Origin: Minisyncoccota bacterium
GTDB taxonomy: Bacteria; Patescibacteriota; Minisyncoccia; Phycocordibacterales; UBA5272
DNA length: 64,000 nucleotides
Assembly: GCA_041651055.1 (NCBI GenBank)
Contig: JBAZJW010000001.1
Location: 242,661-306,660, forward strand
Reading direction: 5' to 3'
Shown: positions 38,350 through 47,139 of the stretch, in pieces
Numbering within the stretch: the first letter of the stretch is position 1
Layout: every line of letters starts with the position of its first letter
The notes under the pieces: model-generated
The model's database searches: none
The model's input: only the letters and a program-made list of their open reading frames with translations
What the model was told of the DNA's origin: nothing
Program-made: the position numbers and the translations under genes

Positions 38350-39558
38350 GTGAAAATAGCACATCTGTCCGTAGCAGGACTCAACACTTGTAGACAACAG
38401 GTGATCGCTGTTCCTCGCGGGGCACCAATCACCAGCACTCGCTTCTTCGCATCTCACGATGTGTTTGAAAACGACAACATGATCATGCATCTGGCGAAAG
38501 CAGAGGAGCTCATCCTTGCATTAACCGGTGCATACAGACGCGGTGAGTCTATGTTTCAAAGCGTTCGCGCTGAGACGCATGGACCACAGTACACCTATGT
38601 GCCAGGATACGAGCTCGGAAGAATTCGTGCTCGTCGAATGGACTACCTGCCAGGTGTTGAAGGTCCAGATATCAGAGTCATTAAAAAAGGAAGTCCGAGG
38701 CATCTCCTGTTCCTTTTCTTCGCGACACTTACAGACAGAAGGACGAAGAGTGGCGGCGACTTCGGTGTCTATGCTTCACACTGCAAAATCTACCACAAAC
38801 ATCCTGAGCTTTACACCTCATCTGCCATCTCTTGGAACAAGGGCGACCTTGGAAAACTCTTGAGTCGGTACAAAATTGGTGTCCCAAACCAATCCGCAGA
38901 ATATTGGATACGTTGTGCCGAGACACTTTTTGGAAATTATGGGGGAAACCCTGTACGTCTCTACGAAGAACACGGGAGTAACGTGGAAGGTATTCTGAAA
39001 TTCAAAGAAGCAGGAAAAAGGCTTGGCAAAAAAAATGGCGACAAGGAAAGTGGAGACCCTCTCCCTGGATATGGTCCCAAAATTGCCTCGCTATACGCTT
39101 TGTTTCTGGATGCGTTCGGCGCCTTGCCGTTTCCTGAGGATGCCTTTCCTGTTGATGTCCAGGTGCAGAGACTTTTCATTCAGTACGGTGCAATAACCAT
39201 GAAGACAAGAGTGTCAAATGCACTGATGGAAAAAACTATTAGACCCCTCGTGTGTCTTTTGGCCAAATTCCACGGACTGGATAAACAGGACATATCACAT
39301 GCGTTTTGGCTTTTGGGAAGCCAAGGATGCACCTCCTGTTCCCGAAGACTTAATGCACCAACGATATGCCCAATCTACTCGAAGTGCCTCGGTTGTCAGA
39401 ACACCGCGAACTACTTTGCGAAAGGTCTATGGGACCCCGCAGACGAACCAATGAAAAAAGGTGCTGCTACGGTTACGTTTGGAATGCTCGCAGAGCGCCC
39501 CACACGGTACAGCCGGAATCCGACAAAAAGCACCCAGATGCATTTGTTCACTGAATAG
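38350..39558 (+). CDS. Divergent HhH-GPD (endonuclease III-like) DNA glycosylase with a Cys cluster
   Basis: HhH LPGYGPKIA, FPVDVQVQR and CTSC..CPIYSKC.GC. AAGGAG RBS before a GTG start. Confidence 0.75.
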   Translation: MKIAHLSVAGLNTCRQQVIAVPRGAPITSTRFFASHDVFENDNMIMHLAKAEELILALTGAYRRGESMFQSVRAETHGPQYTYVPGYELGRIRARRMDYLPGVEGPDIRVIKKGSPRHLLFLFFATLTDRRTKSGGDFGVYASHCKIYHKHPELYTSSAISWNKGDLGKLLSRYKIGVPNQSAEYWIRCAETLFGNYGGNPVRLYEEHGSNVEGILKFKEAGKRLGKKNGDKESGDPLPGYGPKIASLYALFLDAFGALPFPEDAFPVDVQVQRLFIQYGAITMKTRVSNALMEKTIRPLVCLLAKFHGLDKQDISHAFWLLGSQGCTSCSRRLNAPTICPIYSKCLGCQNTANYFAKGLWDPADEPMKKGAATVTFGMLAERPTRYSRNPTKSTQMHLFTE

Positions 39559-39648
39559 AAGGCATACTCAGTGCCCACAGACTGCTCATCCTCCCCCCAA
39601 GGCTCTGAGCGGTTTTTTTTATTTCATAAAATAAATCCATTCAACATA

Positions 39649-39774
39649 CCAAACACTAAAAATTGTTTTAGATACGAGGAGCCTAGGAATTTTTCTAGGA
39701 GACGTAGTTAATGCTACGTTGACGAAGAAAAATTCCGTAGCGACAAAGTAGATGAAATAATTTTTAGCGTTTGG
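39649..39774 (+). repeat. ERIC-like structured repeat, copy 4 (overlaps the stop of the second mreB)
   Basis: TAGATACGAGG...GGAGACGTAGTTAATGCTACGTTGACGAA...GACAAAGTAGATGAAATAATTTT. Confidence 0.8.
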
Positions 39775-40777
39775 CAAAGATACTGCGTTTGTAAGTATCG
39801 AGATGTTCAAGAGCTATACCTGTCCCCTTCGCCACACAATAGAACGCATCCTCTGCGAGAACCGCTTTGACCCCCGTACGTCTCTCTACTAAGTCTGGGA
39901 AATGACGCAACATCGATGTCCCCCCTGACATAATAATTCCATTATCAATAATATCTGACGCGAGTTCAGGAGGAGTCTCTTGAAGCACATCTTTGATTGC
40001 TTTAATCATTAAACGAAGTTCTTTATCGATCGCCTTTACAATTTCATTCGTTCGAATCTCTACAGTGCGTGGAAGCCCTGCAATAAAATCTCGCCCCTTC
40101 ACTTTCATGGAAAGCTCTTCTTCAACAGGCAGAGCACTTCCTATTTTTATTTTTATTTCTTCAGCAGTCTGGTCTCCAATCGCGAGGTTATATGTCTTTT
40201 TAATGTAATCAATAATTGCCTGATCAATTTTGTTGCCCGCGCATTTCACCGAAGTACTACAAACAATACCGCCAAGAGAAATAACCGCCACGTCTGTCGT
40301 ACCTCCTCCGATATCGACAATCATTCTTCCTTGCGCCTCATGAATAGGAATACCTGCACCGATAGCAGCCAAGATAGGCTCCTTCACCACGTATGCATTT
40401 CGTGCACCTGCCTTTAATGCCGCTTCAATAACCGCACGACGTTCCGTTGAGGTCACTCCTGCCGGCACAGAGACCATCACATCTGGTTTGAAAAAAGTAA
40501 ATCCACCGAGCGCTTTGTGAATATAATACCGAAGCATCGCTTCTGTCACACGATAGTCCGCGATCACACCATCACGCATCGGACGATATGCAATAATCGA
40601 GTCCGGTGTCTTTCCGATCATGTCTTTGGCTTCTGTTCCCACTGCCATAATCTTATTATCAATTTCAGACACCGCGACGACAGATGGCTCCACAAGGACA
40701 ACGCCCTTTCCTGGGACATACACAAGCGTGTTGGCCGTTCCTAAATCGATACCTAGTTTCTTGGAGAAAAATCCCAT
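39764..40777 (-). CDS. mreB: MreB/Mbl paralogue (stand-alone)
   Basis: LGIDLGTANT, EPSVVA, DIGGGTT. Confidence 0.92.
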   Translation of the reverse strand: MGFFSKKLGIDLGTANTLVYVPGKGVVLVEPSVVAVSEIDNKIMAVGTEAKDMIGKTPDSIIAYRPMRDGVIADYRVTEAMLRYYIHKALGGFTFFKPDVMVSVPAGVTSTERRAVIEAALKAGARNAYVVKEPILAAIGAGIPIHEAQGRMIVDIGGGTTDVAVISLGGIVCSTSVKCAGNKIDQAIIDYIKKTYNLAIGDQTAEEIKIKIGSALPVEEELSMKVKGRDFIAGLPRTVEIRTNEIVKAIDKELRLMIKAIKDVLQETPPELASDIIDNGIIMSGGTSMLRHFPDLVERRTGVKAVLAEDAFYCVAKGTGIALEHLDTYKRSIFAKR

Positions 40778-40962
40778 AATGGGTGAATTATAGCATAAAA
40801 AGTGGAAGTAAGGATTCCCTTAATTTTTAATTTTTAGTTCTTAGTTCTTAATGTAATACCAATAATTTAAAGGTCTTTTTGGAATTTTTACATAAAAATT
40901 AAAAATTTAAAACTAAAAATTAACGCTGCCTACAAGGCAGCGTTTACTGCTATACTACCCTC

Positions 40963-42825
40963 ATGAAAGTGCTCACCGTCGCCCCACTTGCAAATGGGAT
41001 TCCCTATGAGGAACTTTCCTATTTTTCAAAAGACGACGTGAATCCTGGTGACCTCGTAGAAATAACCATCAAGCGACGTGTATGTAAAGCACTTGTATTA
41101 GACGGACATGACGCACAAGAAGAACGCCAATCGCTTCGTCACGCTTCATTTAATTTGAAAAAAATATCAAAGGTCGTCACCAAACAATTTCTTCCTCCAA
41201 AATTATGGAATGCACTTTCCTTTTCTGCATCCTATCTCGTACGGCCACTCGGCACACTTATCTACGACCTTCTCTCAGAAAGATCTTTCGAAACATTAAC
41301 CCCTGTCACGGTACAGACAGAAGCGAAAGGCTTCGAATTACTCTTGCTTGAACAAAGTTATGAAAATAGAATCACGAGGTACAAGACAACGATACGAGAA
41401 TCATTTTCAAAAAAATATTCTCTGGTACTTTTTTTTCCCACCATCACCGACCTCGAATACGCTCGTGCAGAACTCATAAAAGGAATCGATGAGTATGCCG
41501 TCACCCTCCACAGTGGATTAACCGAGAAACAATACAAGGAAGCACAAAAACAAATCACCGAGAATCCTCATCCACTTCTCATTCTTTCGACACCGTCACT
41601 CTTGCCGTGGATACGCAACGATTTAGGACTTGTTATTATAGAACGTGAACACAGTCACTACTACTACACTCACGGTACACAAGGATACGATATGCGATTC
41701 GTTATAGAGCAGCTCGCTCGTGGAAGCGGTATCCCCTGCTTACTCGGATCGCACATGCTCACCCTTCGCGCGCACATGCTCTACAAAACAAAAGACGCAC
41801 ACGAAGTTATGCCGCTGCAATTTCGAAACGATGCGTCTATTTCTGTTATACCAATGATTGATGAAAATAAAAGCGCCAGTCCATATCTCTCACGAGCCGC
41901 ACTCTCTATGCTTCATACTGCAAAAGTCGCCGAGCATGGACACTTCTTTCTCTATGCACACAGAAAAGGAATGTATCCGACAACGGTCTGTTCTGACTGC
42001 GGAACACTCTTTACATGCATCACGTGTAATCGTCCGTATGTCCTTCACAAAATAGCTGGCATGCGTACCTACGTGTGTCATGGTTGTGAAAATATCGTAC
42101 AACTAAATGATGACACGACACTCGCTTGTAAACATTGTGGTGGCTGGCGTATGCAAACACTCGGCATCGCGACCAGTGGCGTCGAAGAAGAACTGCGTCG
42201 TCTCGGTCTTCCACTTTTTGTAATTGATGGAGAAAACACTCCCACACGTGCCAAAGTAAAAAAGGTATACAAAGAGTGGCAAGAGTCCGTGTATGGCGTT
42301 TTGATCGGAACAGAAATGGCACACAATATCATACAAGAGTGTGATGGCATTATTATTCTGTCGCTTGATTCTCTTTTTTCACTGCCAGAATATCGTACCG
42401 ATGAAAAGATTCTCAACCTCGTCACAGAAATGGCGGAGAAGGTAATTCCTGGTGCGGAATATGGAGGCAAACTTATTCTTCAAACACGCCTCAAAAACAT
42501 GCCCGTAATTAAGCAGCTCACCGCGCCAAGCTTTAGAGAAGTGTTCGACACACTTCTCAAAGAGCGAGAGCAGTTTCTTTTACCGCCATACTATACCGTC
42601 ATCAAAGCATCGTTTGATAATTTGGAAGACGCTCTTCGTAGCCGTATGGAACAAGAACTTGAACCATATGTCGTCGAATGGTTCGAGCAAGGTCGTGGGG
42701 TTACCCTTCTTTTTATTCACGTGAAAGAAACTGAGTGGGCCAACAACCCTTCTGTACGTGATCGTGTACGACGTATCGTGTATGACGGGCACCCTCAGGT
42801 TAACCCTCTACACTTCTTCATCTAA
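40963..42825 (+). CDS. priA: Primosomal protein N' (PriA)-like with degenerate helicase motifs
   Basis: N-terminal 3'-binding-like domain, HSGLT, RKG plus four CxxC pairs, LILQT and LPPY. Walker A and DExH are not intact. Confidence 0.85.
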   Translation: MKVLTVAPLANGIPYEELSYFSKDDVNPGDLVEITIKRRVCKALVLDGHDAQEERQSLRHASFNLKKISKVVTKQFLPPKLWNALSFSASYLVRPLGTLIYDLLSERSFETLTPVTVQTEAKGFELLLLEQSYENRITRYKTTIRESFSKKYSLVLFFPTITDLEYARAELIKGIDEYAVTLHSGLTEKQYKEAQKQITENPHPLLILSTPSLLPWIRNDLGLVIIEREHSHYYYTHGTQGYDMRFVIEQLARGSGIPCLLGSHMLTLRAHMLYKTKDAHEVMPLQFRNDASISVIPMIDENKSASPYLSRAALSMLHTAKVAEHGHFFLYAHRKGMYPTTVCSDCGTLFTCITCNRPYVLHKIAGMRTYVCHGCENIVQLNDDTTLACKHCGGWRMQTLGIATSGVEEELRRLGLPLFVIDGENTPTRAKVKKVYKEWQESVYGVLIGTEMAHNIIQECDGIIILSLDSLFSLPEYRTDEKILNLVTEMAEKVIPGAEYGGKLILQTRLKNMPVIKQLTAPSFREVFDTLLKEREQFLLPPYYTVIKASFDNLEDALRSRMEQELEPYVVEWFEQGRGVTLLFIHVKETEWANNPSVRDRVRRIVYDGHPQVNPLHFFI

Positions 42826-42952
42826 CAGAATTTGCATACGTGGCGATCTTCTTTGTCAAAACTCATTATTTCCTCGTCACTGTACTATTCGTACACCTTC
42901 TTGAAAAGAATGGTTTTTCCTCGAATCTCATCCACGTATACAAATCCTAATA
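42823..42952 (-). repeat. ERIC-like structured repeat, copy 5 (overlaps priA stop)
   Basis: Minus strand: TTCGAGGA...GAAGG-TGTAC-GAATA-GTACA-GTGACG...GACAAAGAA, closed by TTTGTATACGTGG/CCACGTATGCAAA. Confidence 0.7.
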
Positions 42953-43014
42953 CACAAAGAAATGAATTGCTGTGTACTCTTTTTGCTTTAAGCCCTTCGT
43001 GGTAGAGTATAATC

Positions 43015-43557
43015 ATGAAGGTTAAAGACATCATTATCCAAATAGACGAAAAGGAAGATAATCCTCTTCGTGCGGAAGCTCGCATCATTAGAGAGGAAGA
43101 GTTTGGCACGCCATATCTCAAAGAAGTCGTAGCGACAATGCAAGAAGCTCTCGCCCGTGAATCAGACGGTGTGGCTTTGGCTGCTCCTCAAATAGCCCTA
43201 TCGCTTCGCATTTTTGTCATAGCTCCATCTGCCTACCCAGAAGATGCGAAATCAAAACCTCTCGTATTCATCAATCCAAAAATAACCAAGTCATCCAAAA
43301 AAACAGCCAACATGCAAGAAGGATGTCTCTCTGTCAGATGGGTGTACGGTACGACAACTCGCTCCACGTCAGCAACCGTCGAGGCGTACGATATCGAAGG
43401 TAAAAAGTTTAGCTATGGAGGATCGGGACTCATTGCTCACATTTTCCAACACGAGGTAGACCACTTGAATGGTACTCTTTTCATTGACCACGGTTTTGAT
43501 TTTGAAGAATACACAGAAGAAGAGGTAAAGGCCGGAGAAAAGAAAAATAAAAACTAA
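43015..43557 (+). CDS. def: Peptide deformylase
   Basis: GVALAAPQ, EGCLS, QHEVDHLNG. Confidence 0.97.
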   Translation: MKVKDIIIQIDEKEDNPLRAEARIIREEEFGTPYLKEVVATMQEALARESDGVALAAPQIALSLRIFVIAPSAYPEDAKSKPLVFINPKITKSSKKTANMQEGCLSVRWVYGTTTRSTSATVEAYDIEGKKFSYGGSGLIAHIFQHEVDHLNGTLFIDHGFDFEEYTEEEVKAGEKKNKN

Positions 43558-43559
43558 GT

Positions 43560-44462
43560 ATGGATAAAGATTTGTCTTATGTATTCTTCGGAACAGGGCC
43601 CCTTGCAGAAAGTGTACTTGCCGCGCTCGTGCGAAATGGATACACCCCATCACTTCTCGTAACAAAACCAGATGCACCACAGGGTCGCCACATGCAACTC
43701 ACTGCACCACATATAAAAACATGGTGCGAAATGAAAGGTATCCCTGTTCTTCAGCCAGCAAAATTAGATTCCGAATTTATCTCTCAACTCTCACCTCTCA
43801 CCTGTGACCTATTTATTGTTGCGAGTTACGGGAAAATAATTCCAGAAGCAATTTTAAATATTCCGGAACATGGAGTTCTTAATGTACACCCATCCATGTT
43901 GCCCCTCTATCGTGGCCCTTCCCCTATCGAGTCCGCGTTGCTTGATGGTGTCGTAACAACAGGGGTATCCATTATGAAACTCGATAGCGGCATGGACCAC
44001 GGCCCGATTCTCATTCAGAATGCTTTCTTAATTAATGGAGAAGCGACCGCACAAACACTTGAAGTAGAATGTGGTCAAATAGGTGGAGAACTTTTATCCC
44101 AAGTACTTCCTCACTATCTAGAAGGAACACTCATCCCGAAAGAACAAGATCACACCAAAGCAACTGTGTGTAAAAAAATCACAAAAGAGTTGGGAGAAAT
44201 CACACTCGAAACACGCGGTGATGAGGTACAGAGAAAGTTCCGTGCGCTCACTCCGTGGCCAGGACTTTATTTTTTTATACAACATGGTTCGAATGACTCA
44301 CCACAGACACCTAAAAAGATTCGTGTAAAAGTAACCTCAGTAGCACTTCTTTTATCAGGAGCAGAAACACTCACTGCAAGTGATGTCATAGAAAAAGTAG
44401 TACCTGAAGGAAAACATGAAATCTCGTGGGAAGATTTTAGGAGAGGATATTTACATAGTTAA
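43560..44462 (+). CDS. fmt: Methionyl-tRNA formyltransferase
   Basis: VASYG, LNVHPSMLPLYRGPSP, MDHGPI, RALTPWP. Confidence 0.95.
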   Translation: MDKDLSYVFFGTGPLAESVLAALVRNGYTPSLLVTKPDAPQGRHMQLTAPHIKTWCEMKGIPVLQPAKLDSEFISQLSPLTCDLFIVASYGKIIPEAILNIPEHGVLNVHPSMLPLYRGPSPIESALLDGVVTTGVSIMKLDSGMDHGPILIQNAFLINGEATAQTLEVECGQIGGELLSQVLPHYLEGTLIPKEQDHTKATVCKKITKELGEITLETRGDEVQRKFRALTPWPGLYFFIQHGSNDSPQTPKKIRVKVTSVALLLSGAETLTASDVIEKVVPEGKHEISWEDFRRGYLHS

Positions 44463-44554
44463 CAGTCGAGAGTTGAGAGTTTACAGATATTACAAAAGCG
44501 GTGCTGAAGGCACCGCTTTTGTAATATTCATTTAGAAGTAGTTCGCCAGAATTT

Positions 44555-45265
44555 TTACTTTACTTCAATTTTTTCCACAACCACATCCTGCAAAGGCCTA
44601 TCCGCACCGTCTGTTTGCATATCATTGATGAGAAGGGCAATATCAAGACCGCGTGTTACATGTCCGAATACTGTATGCTTCCCTGCGAGCCATGGTGTTC
44701 CGGCTATCGAGGTCACAATAAAGAACTGACTACCGTTTGTGTTCGGTCCAGAGTTTGCCATAGCGAGTACTCCTTGTGAAAATACATCACTCGGAGATGT
44801 CTCATCTTCAAAAGAATATCCTGGCCCCCCTGTTCCCCATGCGGCTTTCTTTGTAATATCCTTTGAAAGCGGATCCCCTCCTTGAATCATAAAGTCACGG
44901 ATCACACGATGGAATCGTGTACCATTGTAAAATCCTTCACTTGAAAGCTTCGCGAAGTTCGCGACAGTTACTGGAGTGCTCGTTGAAAAGGTGACCTCAA
45001 TAATTCCTTTGTTTGTGGTAATAACTGCTTTGGTTACCTTTTCTGGCACAGGTGATGTTGTTGTACTCATAGTGCTTGTCGCGTTAGTGATAATTTTTAC
45101 AGGCGCTTGTGCCGTATTTTTCTTTACCGTCTCTGTACTTGTTGAAACTGTCCCAACTTTTACTTGAGGAAGATCGATGGTATCTTGCAAAAAATATGCA
45201 AGCCCTCCCATAAGAACAATCAGTACAGCGATGACAGAGTACGTTACTTTAATGTCGTTATCCAT
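44555..45265 (-). CDS. Cyclophilin-type peptidyl-prolyl isomerase, membrane anchored
   Basis: FHRVIRDFMIQGGDP, AMANSGPNTNGSQFFI, HTVFG and an N-terminal TM helix. Confidence 0.95.
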   Translation of the reverse strand: MDNDIKVTYSVIAVLIVLMGGLAYFLQDTIDLPQVKVGTVSTSTETVKKNTAQAPVKIITNATSTMSTTTSPVPEKVTKAVITTNKGIIEVTFSTSTPVTVANFAKLSSEGFYNGTRFHRVIRDFMIQGGDPLSKDITKKAAWGTGGPGYSFEDETSPSDVFSQGVLAMANSGPNTNGSQFFIVTSIAGTPWLAGKHTVFGHVTRGLDIALLINDMQTDGADRPLQDVVVEKIEVK

Positions 45266-45274
45266 ACCAAAGGG

Positions 45275-45637
45275 TTAGATCAATCGTTTAAACAATGCCT
45301 TAACCTGATGAGCTCCACGACGAAACACAGATCTCTCCTTGTCTTTATGTTGTGCAAGTTCACGTGTTAACATATCTTTCAAAATATCGATCGCCTTATA
45401 CAAATCATCTTGTGTTGTTCGAACCACGGTTTCTTTTCCTCTGATGTGAAGCTGTGCCTCTGCCTGAAATACATCCCCATGAGCATGGTGATTTGTTGTC
45501 TTTGAAAGACCAACAGAAAGCTTCGCACTCGTATCCCCTTCCGGAACATACTTTTCAAGAGATCGCATTTTTTCTAATGCATATTCTCTGATAGCGTCTG
45601 TCATTTCCATATGAACTCCTGTGATTGTGATGTGCAT
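45275..45637 (-). CDS. raiA: Ribosome hibernation factor HPF/RaiA (short)
   Basis: ITGVHMEMTDAIREY, DLYKAID. Confidence 0.9.
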   Translation of the reverse strand: MHITITGVHMEMTDAIREYALEKMRSLEKYVPEGDTSAKLSVGLSKTTNHHAHGDVFQAEAQLHIRGKETVVRTTQDDLYKAIDILKDMLTRELAQHKDKERSVFRRGAHQVKALFKRLI

Positions 45638-45753
45638 AGATGTGTATGATTAGTAAGTATGTATTCAGTATATACCAAAAACAGCATATACGGATATACA
45701 CATTCACTATCCTACAAAGTACCTTTTTCTCCTCTTTTTGATATACTTACCTC

Positions 45754-46365
45754 ATGACTACACACAATTTTACATTTAAAGAAATATTCAGTTCAGCCTG
45801 GGGGCTCACCAAGAAAAATGCTTGGTATCTCCTTTGTGTCCTCCTTGCAGGAGCTATTATTATGGGTGCCGTTGATCATATTAAGGTTCTCGGCGCTATC
45901 GTCGGACTCTTTTTAGGTGTCGCTGTCATTACCGTATCCCTTATTATTGTAGAAGGTAAAACACCAACCTTCTCTGACCTTTTTTCAAGCTTCAAGAGCT
46001 ATACAATTATCTGGAAGTACCTCCTCGCTTCTGTTCTCTATGGCATTATTATTTTTGTCGGGCTACTCCTTCTTATTATCCCTGGTGTCTACCTCGCTGT
46101 TCGTCTTCAGTTCTACAAATTCCTTATTATAGAAAATGAGAATATTAAGGTTATGGATTCACTCACACAGAGTATGAATATGTCACGTGGACATTTCTGG
46201 AAACTTTTTGGTTTCATTGTTACTCTTCTTGTAGTTAACACTATTGCAGCCATTCCTTTTGGTCTAGGTCTTATTGTGACAGTTCCTGTTTCTGTATTAG
46301 CAAGCACAATTCTCTACAAGAAACTTCTTCCACACGCTCACACGCACGCACACGTACAAGCGTAA
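45754..46365 (+). CDS. Multi-pass membrane protein (DUF975-like)
   Basis: GLLLLIIPGVY, SMNMSRGHFWKLF and about five TM helices. Confidence 0.75.
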   Translation: MTTHNFTFKEIFSSAWGLTKKNAWYLLCVLLAGAIIMGAVDHIKVLGAIVGLFLGVAVITVSLIIVEGKTPTFSDLFSSFKSYTIIWKYLLASVLYGIIIFVGLLLLIIPGVYLAVRLQFYKFLIIENENIKVMDSLTQSMNMSRGHFWKLFGFIVTLLVVNTIAAIPFGLGLIVTVPVSVLASTILYKKLLPHAHTHAHVQA

Positions 46366-46455
46366 GTATTCTATACACAGAAAAGGCCGTACACTGTAAT
46401 CTTGCAGAGTACGGCCTTTTCTTGTATGATTGTATACATCATTTCAATGTTTAGC

Positions 46456-46530
46456 TCCGCGGTAGCTCAGCGGTAGAGCAGCTCGCTGTTAACGAGTTGG
46501 TCGTAGGTTCGATCCCTACCCGCGGAGCCA
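46456..46530 (+). tRNA. tRNA-Asn(GTT) with encoded CCA
   Basis: TCCGCGG/CCGCGGA acceptor stem, D-arm GCTC/GAGC, anticodon arm CTCGC-TGTTAA-CGAG, GGTTCGATCC, G73 and CCA. Confidence 0.98.
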
Positions 46531-46534
46531 AGCA

Positions 46535-46579
46535 TTGAAAACTAAAATACCCCTTTCATGGGGGTATTTTAGTTTTCAA
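46535..46579. terminator. 19-bp-stem hairpin downstream of tRNA-Asn
   Basis: TTGAAAACTAAAATACCCC-7nt-GGGGTATTTTAGTTTTCAA. Confidence 0.75.
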
Positions 46580-46589
46580 CAGTTTCCCA

Positions 46590-46684
46590 GCGGGTAGGGA
46601 TCGAACCGAAGGTCCACATTTTTAATGACTGAAAGGAATATAAAAATGTAGGATCCCGACCAACGGGAGGGGCGATCCCTACCC
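46590..46684. repeat. tRNA-derived inverted and direct T-arm copies enclosing hairpins
   Basis: 46590-46607 is the exact reverse complement of tRNA 46506-46523. 46673-46684 is a direct copy of 46510-46521. Confidence 0.85.
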
Positions 46685-46748
46685 TGAAAAATAAAACACC
46701 TACCCCACAACCCTTGCATAATAAAAAAAATTATTCTAGTATAAAAAC

Positions 46749-47139
46749 GTGTTCATTGGTATAGCGGATGTCAAAACGGCAGGTCAGAGCATGCGAAAAT
46801 ATTGCTCCAGAGGTCATCCCAGGTGGCAACATTTGAGAGCCTTTGCAGAATGCTTCTTGTGAGGACAAGGAGCCGACACTGTGTGGTTCGACCCCACAAC
46901 CTAACGAAAACTATAGGTTTTGATGCGCACTAATAGGATGGAGACTGCGACGTTGTACTTCCGGGTACGATCGAGTCAACCCTGAGAGACATCCCTTCAA
47001 AACTGATAAAAGCGAAATCTATAGGGTGCTAATTTGGTGGAGGTTCACTCCTTGCCATAAGAGGCCCGATACCTGAGGTCACTAACCCCGAGACCAGAGA
47101 GTAGCTTTAGTCGGTAGTCATCCAAGTACCAATGAACAC
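46749..47139 (+). ncRNA. Large structured non-coding RNA (~390 nt), class unassigned
   Basis: 13-bp closing helix GTGTTCATTGGTA/TACCAATGAACAC, many internal stems, TTGCAT-17-TAGTAT promoter and a terminator at 47149-47175. No long ORF. Confidence 0.85.

Noticed and set aside
46546-46567. ATACCCC..GGGGTAT after the tRNA as a second CsoR operator
   Set aside because: The spacer differs from the csoR operator and it is the apex of a longer terminator-like hairpin, not within a promoter.
46749-47139. RNase P RNA, tmRNA or group I intron as the identity of the large RNA
   Set aside because: No GAGGAAAGUCC/P4 signature, no tRNA-Ala-like GGGG..CCACCA ends or evident tag ORF, and no flanking exons. 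A divergent form cannot be fully excluded without covariance models.
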